From Orbicella franksi (lineage: Eukaryota): 64,000 nt of DNA. The stretch is taken from positions 11,904,001 through 11,968,000 of the forward strand of contig OZ116709.1 in assembly GCA_964199315.1 (NCBI GenBank). The letters are read 5' to 3'. Both the position numbers and the translations under genes were made by a program. Shown one piece after another: positions 39,769 through 51,868 of the stretch; position 1 is the first letter of the stretch, and the number at the start of each line of letters is the position of its first letter. The notes beneath the pieces are model-generated. The model worked only from the letters and a program-made list of their open reading frames with translations, ran no database searches and was not told where the DNA came from.

Positions 39769-40123
39769 TATGAGTCTGTCAGAACATAAAGTTCGCCGAC
39801 TCTTTGCTCTGAGAAGCTAACAGTGCCCTTTGCACAGGGCCTCCTTTTGAAACTAATATCTTCGAGTCGAGAAGAGCTTCAGCTTTAACTACTGACAACT
39901 TATGTGTAAGGAAATATCACCTAGCTTTCAAAGGCTGTGTTTTACCTCTCACGCAGTTCATATTAACCCAGCTAGATGAACTATTTTGAAGTTGAATATG
40001 TCAACTGAGAGAGCGGTTAGGGTGTAGAACATCAACAGGCCAGGGACGATCTCAAACATTATCAGGTTGGTCGAGATCTCCCAGTTCCAGATCGAGATAA
40101 TATAAGAGAGTTAATCTCCCATG

Positions 40124-40374
40124 CCCGGGGAAAGGCAATCCTGGCATAAAATATGGGGGTGCTCGTCGTCCTTTTAGGAGTTAAAAATTAAATGCGGTTT
40201 TGGTAATTCTTATGACAGGAAATTATGTGTTGTTTTAGAATTGGTACCTCTTAAAGGAGAAAAAAAATCCAAGCCACGCACACACAAAACAGGATTTTGT
40301 TACCTCTTAGGGATTCTTTTGAAAATTTCCGAAGAGCACCCCCGACGTCTTTTTTTATATGAGGTCCCCCGAGG
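40124..40374 (-). mobile_element. CCCGGGG-ended MITE family C copy
   Basis: Inverted relative of 22300-22598. Confidence 0.6.
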
Positions 40375-41149
40375 CTTACAAGTACAGTAGGCCATATTGC
40401 TATGGTAATTCTTCTAAAGTTATTTCTAGTTCACTCCCATCTTCCGAAATCCCAGTAGGGTCTTTAAAGTCTAGCATTAGCCAGTGATGTGGCGCGAATT
40501 TTAGTCACGAGGACAGACCAAGCTGCTTTATACACATTTTCAATGCGCACGCGGTAAGTTTATCTGCAGAAGGACTGGATACCATATCTAAAAATATCAT
40601 TAGGGGAATTAACAGGGAACAAGACCTATAAAGGAGGGGGGTGAACTTTCTTAGTACCCTTCACTCTCTCTTGTTTCTAGACCATATTTATACTTATCGA
40701 AATGGTTCAGTTTTTAAAAAAAATAGTGCATCAAATGTTTAACCAAAAGGGGGCTGGCTTACAAACTGGAAGATAACAGCGCTACCCCTGAGGAATTCTT
40801 TAAAATCTACGAACAAGATAGAGATAAGCCAAAATCTAAATGACTAAGATTTTAATAAATATATTAGCAAAAAATTATTATTCACAAAAGCTAAAGCAAA
40901 CATCAGGAGGAATCATTCAAATAATAAAACTATTTTAATTTCTTAAATCTCTGTCAATGTACTTGTGTTTATGGCTACATTCAGGATATACTTAGATAAT
41001 GATAGATAAAATACTTTATTGTATTTTAAATAAGATAATAAATTCACCATTTTCCTTTTTTTTCCCATTACAGTAAGAAAAATTATCGATTCAGTCTCGA
41101 CTGCCCATGAATAAATTATCACCAAATGGCTCGTAAATAGTCTACGTTA

Positions 41150-41600
41150 AAAACGACCTTGCATTGCATTTCACTTCACCCCCAAATCTTTAACAATGAG
41201 AACGCGATCGAGAATTCTATCCAAGTGGTTTAGGAAAAAGGCTACATGACATGACTTAATATGTTTTAATAAGAAACCTAAATTTACTTTCAGCATAGTA
41301 AAAATTGCTCCACACCAAGTGTCAGACAGCATCTTACAACTGTCACCATTGGGGGACGATATTCTTGGAGTGTCACCACACTTCAATTGGCGTCAAACGG
41401 AGTCCTGGAGCCCATGGATGCTCGTCTGGTAGGCGATTAAAACCGAAGGCTACAGGAATAACAAAGAAGACTCTATTGAAACGCCTGCGGCTGTGTTTGC
41501 GCTTTCAGTATACCTTGTTCTACTAAAAGTCTCAAAAGAAAGAGTCAAAGTTACTCTCTAAAAATCAATACTATAATCCATTCAAACAAGATAACTTCAT
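41150..41600 (-). mobile_element. Highly decayed LINE (CR1/L2-like) reverse-transcriptase fragment
   Basis: - strand relic ...DTWCGAIFTMLKVN...LDRILDRVLIVKDLGV resembles the C-terminal RT segment; many stops. Confidence 0.35.
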
Positions 41601-41663
41601 GAAGGTCACCGCTGTCATAGTCCAGCAACTGTATTTCTATACGTGCTCCGAGGCCTTCTAAAT

Positions 41664-41816
41664 AAAATTGAATATATCGTTTTCTGGTAAAAATTATTAA
41701 AAAAAACATAAGCTTTCGACAGCCGGTCTACTGTGTTCTGTCGAAGACAGTAGACCGGCTGTCGAAAGCTCGTGTTTTTTTAATAATTTATGCCAGAAAA
41801 CGCTATGTTCAATTTT
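41664..41816. repeat. Imperfect 153-nt hairpin with a perfect 24-bp core stem
   Basis: AGCTTTCGACAGCCGGTCTACTGT, 12-nt loop, then ACAGTAGACCGGCTGTCGAAAGCT; the arms extend to about 70 bp. Confidence 0.85.
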
Positions 41817-41887
41817 ACCATGATCAATTCTGGTAAACGGTCATCGATATTTTTAGCCCTTGTGAGGCCCATTTCAAAGACGCTCGC

Positions 41888-44039
41888 TCAGTGGGTCACA
41901 CAATATCTCTGTTCCCTTCTTTCACTCGTCCTAGTGTTCTCTATCACTGTGTATATGTAGTTGCCAGTCACGGAACCACGTGCTTATCACGTGTTTATCA
42001 TTCATCGCATGCCTCTTTAAATTTTCCTTTAAATTAAGCAAACCACGAGGGCGACGACAACGAGAATGCCACCAAGCGAAAGCTTTTATGATGAGCAGGC
42101 CAAATGTCATGCGCTTGGGTTCTAAATTAACTTAGTACATTTCTTAGCCGTCAATTCCTCTGCAAGGAGTCAACAACAGTTCTGCGTGTTTATTATTATT
42201 TTGGAGGACGTGTACCACGACGGATAATTTTTCTTCTTTTCTTGTGGCACGGAAATAAAACGCTGAGGAATTAAGTTTTAAGACCGACAGGCGTATTGAA
42301 CAGATCGAGATAAATGCAAGATGGGAAGATAAAATATCAATCGAACTTTTACAAAGTGTTGTCCTCGTGTGGTCGGAATCATTACGCACAAAAAAACTGT
42401 GGAAGCATATATATATAAGTACACAATAACCAAGGAAAAATTATCTTATTTTTTTGTATTTCTATTCATTATACCTTCGTTCGTTGCCCTCATACAGGAG
42501 TGACATAGGTTGTATTTACATGTCGGGCAATGCCATGGCTTGTTATCTGCGACGCTGCTCTGAGGTGAACCGCAGTTATCACATTTCCAGAAATCACTGA
42601 ACACTGAACACACGTCCTGCGATTTTGACTTATACAGTGGGTGGGCATGTAATGGCGTAGGGTGCGGCTTAAAGCAATCAGGGCACACATCGAATTCGCA
42701 TTCTGAACAATGATAGGCGAATCTGAAAAAGAACCAAAACATAAAGTTAAATCCAACAATATCGTCAAAGCGTAAGAGTTTTATTCAAATCTGAAAGTAC
42801 AGATCATCACTTCAGTGAAATATCGTAGTACGGTTTAAGTATACTCGACAAATGCTACCAACAACAGTTATAATAAACCGCACATCAGCTTCTCAGACTA
42901 TAAATCGATTTATTCTAATCACATGTTTTTAACATTAAAATCATTTTATTTTTACAAAAATTTATTTTACCGTCAAAAAAGCCAATCTGAGCGTTCCGTT
43001 CCCTCTGACATGTAAATGTAGTATAATTTCTATTTCCATTTTATTTTTAGGTAAGGTTACAAAATGTATCTATTCAAGGTTTTCGTGTGGAATACTGGCG
43101 AAAATTTCACTTGCAAAAATTTTATTTTGATATTCAAAAGACCCACTCTATACGAAATAATGTTTAACTCATTGTTTGGAGGCGGCGTGGGGACTGGTTT
43201 AATTTGGGTGCAGGACTTGAAATCTGTTTTATTTGATCACTAAATTGAATTTGTATCTCAATACACCCTAGCTAGTTCAACTCCTCGGTAATGCTTGTAA
43301 ATAGCCAACTGGTCTGCCTTCCGCCAGTTGAGATTTTTAAGCCAATTATGTTTTTCTGAAATATTTGTTTTTTTGAAATATTTGTCTCTTTCAGTTTAAA
43401 TGGTATGTCTGTGGTGTAGCTAGATGTAGCTAAGCGAATTAACCACAATAAACAAACATTGTTTTTTGTTTAATTTCTCTGACTTGGAATATTCATCTTC
43501 ATACACTGATATCCAGTAACTAACCATTCGAGATACCGGTGCTAGAGTGTATAAAAACAAGAATTGTCACATACTTTTCATACCACCTGCTTTCATTTCC
43601 ACAGATGTCGCACACCCAGCGGCCATTCTTGTGTGCATAGACAAGCGAGGTGTTCACCACTTTCAGTTCATGGACGTGGCTCAGATGTCGCTTCGGCTCG
43701 AAGCAGTCGCGGCAAATGTCAAAGTCATTGCAGGTGAAACAGTGGTAGGAGAATGTTTGGTTGAGAGTTTCACTTGTGTTTTTACAAACGGCACACCTCC
43801 AAATTCCATGCTGGTTTTCAGAGAGTATAGCGCTTGTACCCGTGTAAAGCAGGCAATGGTGATGCACCAAGGTGTTTTGTGGAGGAGGTAGCTTATTCTT
43901 CCAAGCCTGCAGGTGCAAATTCCAAAAAGTTACAGTCAGGGAAGGACCATTATTTTTTTGAGAGGGAAGTGCACTCATAATAATAAAAATAAAGCAATGA
44001 TCAGATTCTTACCTGTATGATCCGGCCCAGCTTGTGCAT
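41888..44039 (-). CDS. Protein of three tandem His/Cys-rich zinc-finger repeats (DC1/C1-like or ZZ-like); 4 coding exons, 221 aa
   Basis: Exons (-): 44013-44039, 43575-43906, 42475-42722, 41888-41946 (666 nt, GT-AG, phases 0/2/1). Three repeats of HxHxL...WxCxxC...(Y/W)HCxxCx(F/Y)(D/N)xCxxC. The first and last exons are less certain. Confidence 0.78.
43178..43462 (+). mobile_element. Degraded tRNA-derived SINE (second family) in intron 2 of the zinc-finger gene
   Basis: GGAGGCGGCGTGG head and CTTGTAAATAGCCAACTGG...CCAGTTG core; its 3' end recurs inverted at about 46650-46720. Confidence 0.6.
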
Positions 44040-46139
44040 GATTTCTGAGAAGTTAAAGGCTAGAGAATGTTCAGGTCAATTTGGCTCGTACGTCTTCTTC
44101 TTTGTTCAGTTTATAAACTTGAATGTGGGATGATGCAGTGGCCTTTATTAAATAGGTAAAAACTGAAAGAAAAACTGAAAGAAAAGCCGAATTTCAGTGT
44201 TAAAAATAGTTCATAACACATAGATCTTTTGACGAGTTTCAGTACTTCATATGACAATGCAACACACATACAAAGTAACAAATGTACGTGTTCAGGGTCA
44301 GATATTACTGCCTTTAACTAATACCATTAATATCATTCTCAGTCATTCAGAAACCCTAAAATAAAATAACAAACTGGTTACAACTCCTTGAGCGTTTTTT
44401 TTTTCTTTGGACGAGATATTTCTCTTCGCACAAATTTCTAGCAAGTTATTTGTCATTAGCTAAGAAATGCTTCTTGTCTACGATGGGTTACAATTTCCGT
44501 CTACAATGTAAAAATGCAACATAATTCATCTAATTTTATCGCTTTGTAGCGCGAAAATTATCATTGTACAATTGATTTACTTCCTGTTTTTCACTTCTTT
44601 TCGTAGTGTTGTCGCCCTCGAATGAATAATTTTAGTAGATGAACCTCTATATATGGGACTGATGGGCCAAGCTTGCTATCAAGGCGGCTGGATATCGACC
44701 GAGTTCTTTTTTTGTTTTGTTTTGTTTTTGTTTTTTTTCCTTGAAAATAAATAAGTCATTGAAGAAAGACAGAACGTGGCCTATATCAAGCCATCTTGAA
44801 CGAACAAGCTTGGTCAATTAAGGATTTATTATATGCATGGTATAAAAAAAATCGTTTGCATGCTTGTGGAAAACAGCACGTAATCCATGGCGGCAAGTTA
44901 CTACGCTAGTATAATTTTGAAAAATGAAATGAAAAAGTAAAGTTGTGATCAAAATGATTCCAATTCTAATTTTGACTAATTAGAGAGAAGGTGACTGAAA
45001 CTGACCAAAGGAAGTGTACTGTAAACAGAGTGAAACCAAAGTATTAAAGCGAAATTTGTTAGTCTTGCAAATTTCTTGCTTGTAGAGTAAATGTTCATAC
45101 ACGCAAAAAAAAAAAAAAAAAAAAAAACATTTTACTTTCGAAAAGTTGACTCAGGAGCCACAAAAATCATACATAGCATATAAACAAAGCTACACTAAGC
45201 GTAGGCTAGCGTAACAACTGATGGGCGAAATTTACTTCAATTGAAATGTTGAGGTTGACTTGGTTCAGTTTACCTAGCTTGCTTAACAACAACCAGAGAA
45301 ATAAAGACAGGTAAGAACATGGCTAAACTCTCCATTTTCGTAGAACAACCGGAGTTGTAAAAATCTTACATCTGGGCTCCCACGGGCCAAAACAAAACTT
45401 AACAACCATGCAGTGATGTATTATGTTCCTGCAAATGCTAGTCATGTTGTTTCCTTAATAGGAAATGGAGACAGCCGTCAGTGATTAAAAAGATATATAT
45501 CTTGTTTAGAGGACGTGTACTGATTCAAGCTGCACTCTGAATCGAGCTCTTCGTGTGTAGGCTGAAAGAAACTGGGTACAAGTTTAGGAGATCTTTGTCC
45601 AGAGAAACTCGTGATTCTTCTGGGTTAGATTTTTGGACGGAGAGCTCAACTATTTCAAATGTCAATGGTTGATTTCGAATAAGTCACACAGCACCTACAG
45701 ACATTCACCAGATGGTATTTTCAGAAAGCAAATCACCGTCAAATTAATGAAAATCTCAGTCCAAGAATTTAGCTAAACACTCTGTCCCAAGAGCTTTTTC
45801 TTCCTCTAACACTCCTTCCCCGAACTCCGCTGGCTAAGAGGAACAATTGGTTCTGGGGGAGACAATGACGTCTGTCGCGTTAGGCTCGATTTCCGCCGCT
45901 CTCTCGCGTTCGGTCTTTGTTCCTTCCCGAGTTCGGGGGATGAGCGCAGGCTCGTTTCCCGAACAGCGGCTGGAAATCGAGCCTGGCGTTAATTTTGCTC
46001 AGAAAAATAACAAGCGTAGTAACGTTATCGCGGAAGACCTGGATACCCATGTCTAAAAATGACTTGAAAGAGAGAGAATCTATATGGAGTTCAACTCTCT
46101 TATTTATCATCCTCTCTCCTTAAAATCTAGTCGTAGACT

Positions 46140-46230
46140 TCTAGTCTTTTCATTTTTCCAATCAGAGCGCGCGCGGTCGTTGTTAATTACCTTGCATGTG
46201 ACGTCACAAAGTCAATATATTAATGGCGAC
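46140..46230. promoter_or_regulatory. Candidate promoter of the SANT gene, possibly shared with the divergent zinc-finger gene
   Basis: CCAAT at 46158-62, a CpG-rich GCGCGCGCG run, a full CRE TGACGTCA at 46199-46206, and an AATGGCG motif at 46222, all within 150 nt of the predicted ATG. Confidence 0.5.
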
Positions 46231-46304
46231 TTGAGCGACTGACTGCGCACCGTCGCTGTCTTCCTGCAAACTGTTCTGTGTTTTCTCCAACAGGAAAAAA
46301 AAAT

Positions 46305-49300
46305 ATGAGAACGCGCCGCGCTGAAACGAGGTAAGAACAGTGGTACAAAGTAAACTTCACGAAACATAAGCATCGGAGAAGAATTTTTTGTTCAAACAAA
46401 AAATACACCTCTATGAACTTTTTAAACCTTACATAGCGCTAATGCTTCCTTTAAAATATCCCTCCCTGAAGTTTCAAGTTATATCGTTAATTTCTCCACA
46501 GTTCTCCAAACTTTGATCCACAATACTTCTGGAACGAATATCTCCAGAAATGGACGGTCAGTGGGTAACTATCAGCCTGTAGGTTCAATTCTCGTTTCGA
46601 TATGTGAACGCTCTGGCAATATCCTAAGTTGCTTATTGCACTGATAAATGAAAAAAATTCGCTTAGCTACACCTAGCTAGTTCACAGGCATGCCACTTAA
46701 ACTAAAAGAAAGAAATATATCAACTAAACATAGATCAGCCTAGTGCTAGTAACTGGCTGGAGGGAGCTGGGATAGATCCAAAAACTCTACAACTCTTTGC
46801 CTCATGAACTGACTAGGAGGTTTATTAACTGAGGTCTGTAAAGGATAGGGCTCCACAAGCTAGTAAACGATTAATTTACGGTTTTTTTAATCTTTGAAAA
46901 GGATTTGAGAGTAAACTGCATCGCAGAGGCCCACCTCCCGTTGTGCCGAGATAAACCATGCACGGTGAACTTCAAACCAGGTCAGGAGAAGCATTTGAAC
47001 TGAAAATATTGATATCAGCTGTTCATGCGACATATTTGCACGAAACAAAAAAAACGATATTGAAGGGAAAATAGTGCAGTTACACTCCTTTAGGACACCG
47101 TAGGGACCATAGAAAGTGTCCGTACGTACGTCCTAGTGGGGTTTCCTTATCGGGCGTGACCGAGTGCACGTGGTTCAGGGCGGTGGATTTAATCGATAAT
47201 CTAAAGATCCCTCTTTGAAACCCACAACCTTGGCACAGGATTTGTTTTCGGTAGTCCTGACATCAACTCCGCTGTCACGCTTTGTAAATAACCAACTGTT
47301 ACGCGCGGTCAGTCTTCCACCAGCTGGTTTTCTTTTAAAAGTGATCTACTTTCAGCTCAAAATACTGGTTTGTATGTTCATTTTACAATGTAGAATTGTT
47401 TTTTTACTTTCTCTCTCTTTCGGTCTTTCGTTCTTGTTTTCGTTAGAACGCATAAGAAGACTTAATATCAACTTAAGGGCGGAATCACATAAGAGATGGA
47501 CAGAACAAGAAAAAAAGCTTTTCACTCAGAGGTACGAGAAAGTTATTACAGGGTGAAACAAGGGATTAAAAAGTCAGATATAAGATTGTATACACTCACA
47601 GTCCATGCAACCCATACTATTATTGGGTTCAAATAAGGAAGCAGGAGTGATGATTTCTACTTCACCTTGACGAGATACTTGTTCTCCAGCTTTTGGCCAG
47701 ATCACCCCAAGAGGTCATCGGTATGTATTTAATGCTTTGGACAGCGAAAAACACCGTGAAAGTGTCGTGGACTTGATCCAGATCCTCCCGATGGATTAAT
47801 CTGGGGGTCACTAGGTTAACTGTAGTTGTGGGGTCTAGCGCCTTTTTAACATTCTTAACGGAATTCTCCATTTCTAGGAAAAAGCATGGGTAGTAAGTGC
47901 AAGCTGCCTCGATTAAGACAATGGCCGTTTCCTTTCTTTTCGTAGTGTGTGTATTCTGATCCGACTTGTGGCGGTACGAATCGACTAATAAATAAAGCAT
48001 CAACGTATCATATTCATGGTAAAAGTCTTCAACAATGAAATCCAGCAGACGGTTTATCTGTTGGTTACTTTGCATGAAGGACCTCTGCCATATAACGGGA
48101 TAAAAAAAACTGATGGTTTTTAAAAGTCGAACTTCCTAAGGCTAGGCCTTAATTCAATTGTGAAGATTCAAAATTAAATGTATAATTTGTCTCATAGATA
48201 CATTGAGGTCGGAAAAGATTTTCCGCTAATTGCCGATGCATTGCCGAGCAAGGTAAGCGTCACAAGCAGTGAGCTAAAATGACCTATTTTTTGAGATTCA
48301 AATAGTAAAGTATAAACTATTAATATTCTTGAAATAAGCATTGCATCGTGTCCAATAAAAGTATCTTTCGTCGCTCTCTTTCAGACGACTGAGCTGACTC
48401 ACCTGACATTTAAGACTAATTTTGACACAATCAATTCGATAAAAACAGTTGCTACACAATAGAAAACACTTTGCTAAGCACATGTACCCTTGCAGACCTA
48501 TTGCTCTATGTCCTAATTACAGAACATGTGCTTAATGAAGAGAAAATCCAATGAGGAGATGTCATTAGCATAATTCTCAAACCATTTGAGGTCGCTCGCT
48601 CTCCGGCATGCACACTCGATATCTCAGTGAGAGCGAGTGCCTTCAAACAACCTGAGAAAATGGGCCACATGGTAAACTTAACGCGCAGTTTCTAGTTTGT
48701 CTCGCCTTTACAGATTACTCGACAATATTGTCCGTCGAAATCAACGATTCTGAATGTATACATGTTCAGAAAGCGTACCCACTGGACGACAAAGTAGATC
48801 AGTCGTATTTGTGCTCGTTTTGGTTCGTGTTTGCATTCTTGAGTGCTATATCTTATATGTAATGACTTGGGTGTCTGGAAAACCGAATAGCGAATAGTCG
48901 AATAGCGAACAGCGAATAGTTCCGAATAGCGAATAGCGAATAGTACGAATAGTCTCGAATATTGCGAATAGTGGCAAATAGTGACAAATCGTAGCAAATA
49001 GGGTACCTTGTATCTCGCAGTCAACCTCGCAGCAACGTAGGATGGGATTTTCCCTCTAAAAAGCGCAGACGCTTATCAGGACAAAAAGTGTTTCTAAAAG
49101 TAACTTCTTCTGTTTTAACCGCTGCAAAAACGTAAATACGTTTATCCTTGTGTTTTCTGTTTTCTTAATGTCGGCGATGGACAGCCCTAGCCTGGGTCCG
49201 GAGAGGAAAAGGTAATAAATTCACTGAAATTCTGTTTCTTATTTGGATAATTAATTAACGCAGGATATTAGATCTAAAGCGGTGACTATTGACGACTATT

Positions 49301-51868
49301 CGTCACTATTCGCCACTTTTCGCGACTGTTCGCCACTATTCGCACTATTCGAGACTATACGCACTATTTGGGACTATTCGCTATTCGCTATTCGCTATTC
49401 GGGTTTTCCAGACACCCTAATGACTTAATATTTTAATATTTTTAATATTTAAGTTAGTCTAAACTCTCACTTTTCAGACGGTGGCCCAATGTATTCAATA
49501 CTACTACCTCACCAAACATCGATTTTGCTACAAAAAGGCGAGTAACTCATGATTGATACTACACGAAGCGAATGTATTTTCCTATGAAGGGAACGACTTT
49601 GTGAGTTTAAGAGAAAAACGCTGGCCTCTGAAAATTCCATTAGGTCTCTCTATATCTCTTTATATGAAAACTTTAGGCTTGTTCTTCTTAAGTCAATTAA
49701 AGTGCCCCTATGATCGATATCCATTTTTTCACATTTTCGAACACAATAGGTCTTTCCTAGATATCTTGTCAAATTTCAATCTATTACGAACATTGGAATT
49801 CACGCTTTTCGGACCTTTATTTCCGAGAATTTACGGCCGCCATTAATTTTCGTTGTTCCAAGTCTTGGTTGAGAATTGGAGGAAATGACGTCATTTACTT
49901 AAAAATACAGGTTTGAATTATATTATAACATAGCGCGCGCGCTAGTCCTATCTAATTCCAGGAGCCTCCTGCTAATTCCTATTGAGCCAACATGAACAAA
50001 ATCTCTATGTTTGCACGGCCGTGCGCACATAAGATGGCGTGTGCGGTTTCAATTTAGCAGCAAACTTTCCGTCGAGTTTAGTGCAAGTTCTTAAGTTTAG
50101 GCGAAGTGAAGATTATTCTGAACAATCCAAACTCTACTTCGAGCCTTTGACTTTTCAGCAAGCTAAGATTTTTACTTAAACCTGAGTATTTTGACTTTGT
50201 TTGCCTACATTTTCATTGAGTATTTTTGACTTTGTTTGCCTACATTTTCAGTATAATTAATTCGAAGAAGCGAATTTTAGGGGTGGCGAATGGTAAATGC
50301 GAGTCTGCGAGACGGCGAGACAGGCGTTTTTCCCTGCGAGCCCGAGACATTTTGACGTTTTAGATTGCGAGACCGAGACTTCAAAGTGTTCAGACTCTCA
50401 AAAGGTCGAGCCCACATTTAGTTGAGAGCTAGAATGAGCTTGTACAGCCTTTAGCCAGCTTCTTGGAACTGACTGGAACTGGAAATTCGATTATAACACA
50501 CTACGTTATGATATCCTAGAGAAAAATAACTGTTTGCCTGGCGCCAAAACGGACGATGCGACAGGTTTTGTTCCTATTTGTGGAATTAGGACAATTTAGG
50601 AAAATTAAAAGTTAGGATTAACTTTTTCTCGGAAAATTTGTAAGTTGCTTCATTGAAATTCAATATCAAGTGAAGCCGGAAGACGTCATTTATGAAAACA
50701 GATAAAGGAACGAATCGGGACTTCGAGACCCTTAGCCTTGCGAAAATCGAGATAGCTTCGTATAAGAATCGAGACTGCGAGAGGCACATAACCGCTAAAA
50801 AACGAGACTGCGAGACCCATGAAATTCGACTAAAATTTTACGAGACCCAGAGTTTTTGAAGGACCATTCGCCACCCCTAATTTTTCGTTGACAATTTTAG
50901 AAAACAGGTTAAGCGTTTTCGCCGGTTCAACCGTTGCTCAGTATTGTGGCGTGTTAGGATCCTAATGACCTTTGTTTTCCTACACCGTACATTGAGAGAA
51001 CTTTGTAGTCAATCACAAATAAAACATGTTTTAGCGCCCAAGTTGTTGTCGCCATGTTATAAAAGAATTGGTTCATGCTTTTAGCTGTGCGTATATTGAG
51101 TTATGGATGCACTTGGGAAGTTTGGAGAGCTCTCAATTCTTTAGTAACAATTAGTACAGCAATTCGCATGAAGAATAACAAAACTTTGGCTCTTATATTT
51201 GTGCAATTCTCTATTCTGATTGTGATTATAATTTCAACCTGTGTGATATTTTTGTATTGAAGTGAACTTCTATCTTGTTACAGTTACGAAAGAAGGCGAT
51301 CAATGAGGAAAATGGGACAAGATCTCGTCGAGCTAAATCATGTGGGAATGGAAAAGGAAGTAAATTACTTTCACAACGATCAGCAAATGGTGAGAGAAAT
51401 GCTAAAGAAAAGTTTCGAAAAACCTTTTCTTGCCCAGAACCTAACAAGGAGAGGAGATCAAGGACGTGGGAAGATCTAACTGATGATGACTTTTGTAGAG
51501 ATACAAAGAGGAAAAGCATCGTCAAAGAACCGAGTAATAAGGAGCACAAGCATTCTTACGACGGAAGTAAAGTTACGACAATCAAAAGAAAACGCTGTAA
51601 AGCTGATGTACAGCTAAAGGTCTCGAAGAAACTAAGACAAAGCAAAACAGCTGGCCATTTTTCTAGTCATGATAATACGTTATCACAACCTGATGTCGGT
51701 GAAGCTGACGGGAGCCGCGCGAGAAAGAGAAAAAGAAATAGTGCCAGAGGGAAGCTCTTCAGTAACCCAATAGCTACAATCGATCAATTCTCTGATGCAT
51801 TTGATTACTTATCAGATGGATCTTGCACAGACGAGGTACCAAACGAAATTCACACCAATGAGAATTAA
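46305..51868 (+). CDS. Small SANT-domain protein, NCoR/SMRT SANT1 (DAD)-like, with basic low-complexity C-terminal tail; 7 exons, 314 aa
   Basis: Exons (+): 46305-46330, 46502-46556, 46902-46980, 47447-47531, 48198-48252, 49478-49537, 51284-51868 (945 nt, phases consistent). Spliced exons 4-7 read RWTEQEKKLFTQRYIEVGKDFPLIADALPSKTVAQCIQYYYLTKHRFCYKKLRK, a clear SANT repeat. Exons 1-3 are less certain than exons 4-7. Intron 6 has a GC donor. Confidence 0.82.
47662..48483 (-). CDS. Putative nested antisense gene, 2 coding exons, 184 aa, tentatively TIR/SEFIR-like alpha/beta fold
   Basis: Exon 48403-48483 (ATG...CAG|GTGAGT) splices in phase 0 to the CCTTAG acceptor at 48135, followed by 158 open codons to TGA at 47662. 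Amino-acid composition is protein-like. The fold assignment is a pattern impression only. Confidence 0.4.
48869..49417. mobile_element. MULE-type MITE with GAATAGC subterminal repeats
   Basis: TIR GGGTGTCTGGAAAACC(C)GAATAGCGAATAG, with a perfect 9-bp TSD TAATGACTT (48860-68, 49418-26). It lies in intron 5 of the SANT gene. Confidence 0.9.
50280..50877 (+). mobile_element. TA-flanked MITE family A, full copy
   Basis: Perfect 14-bp TIR GGGGTGGCGAATGG, TA on both sides, and internal GCGAGAC repeats. Confidence 0.85.

Noticed and set aside
41888-41902. C-terminal CVTH as a CaaX prenylation motif
   Set aside because: Poor CaaX fit (T at a2, H at X), and the terminal exon is the least certain part of the model.
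46560-46600. tRNA-like fragment (GGTTCAATTC)
   Set aside because: No cloverleaf; adjacent to SINE remnants.
48885-48990. GAATAGC repeat array
   Set aside because: Subterminal repeats of the MULE MITE bounded by a 9-bp TSD.
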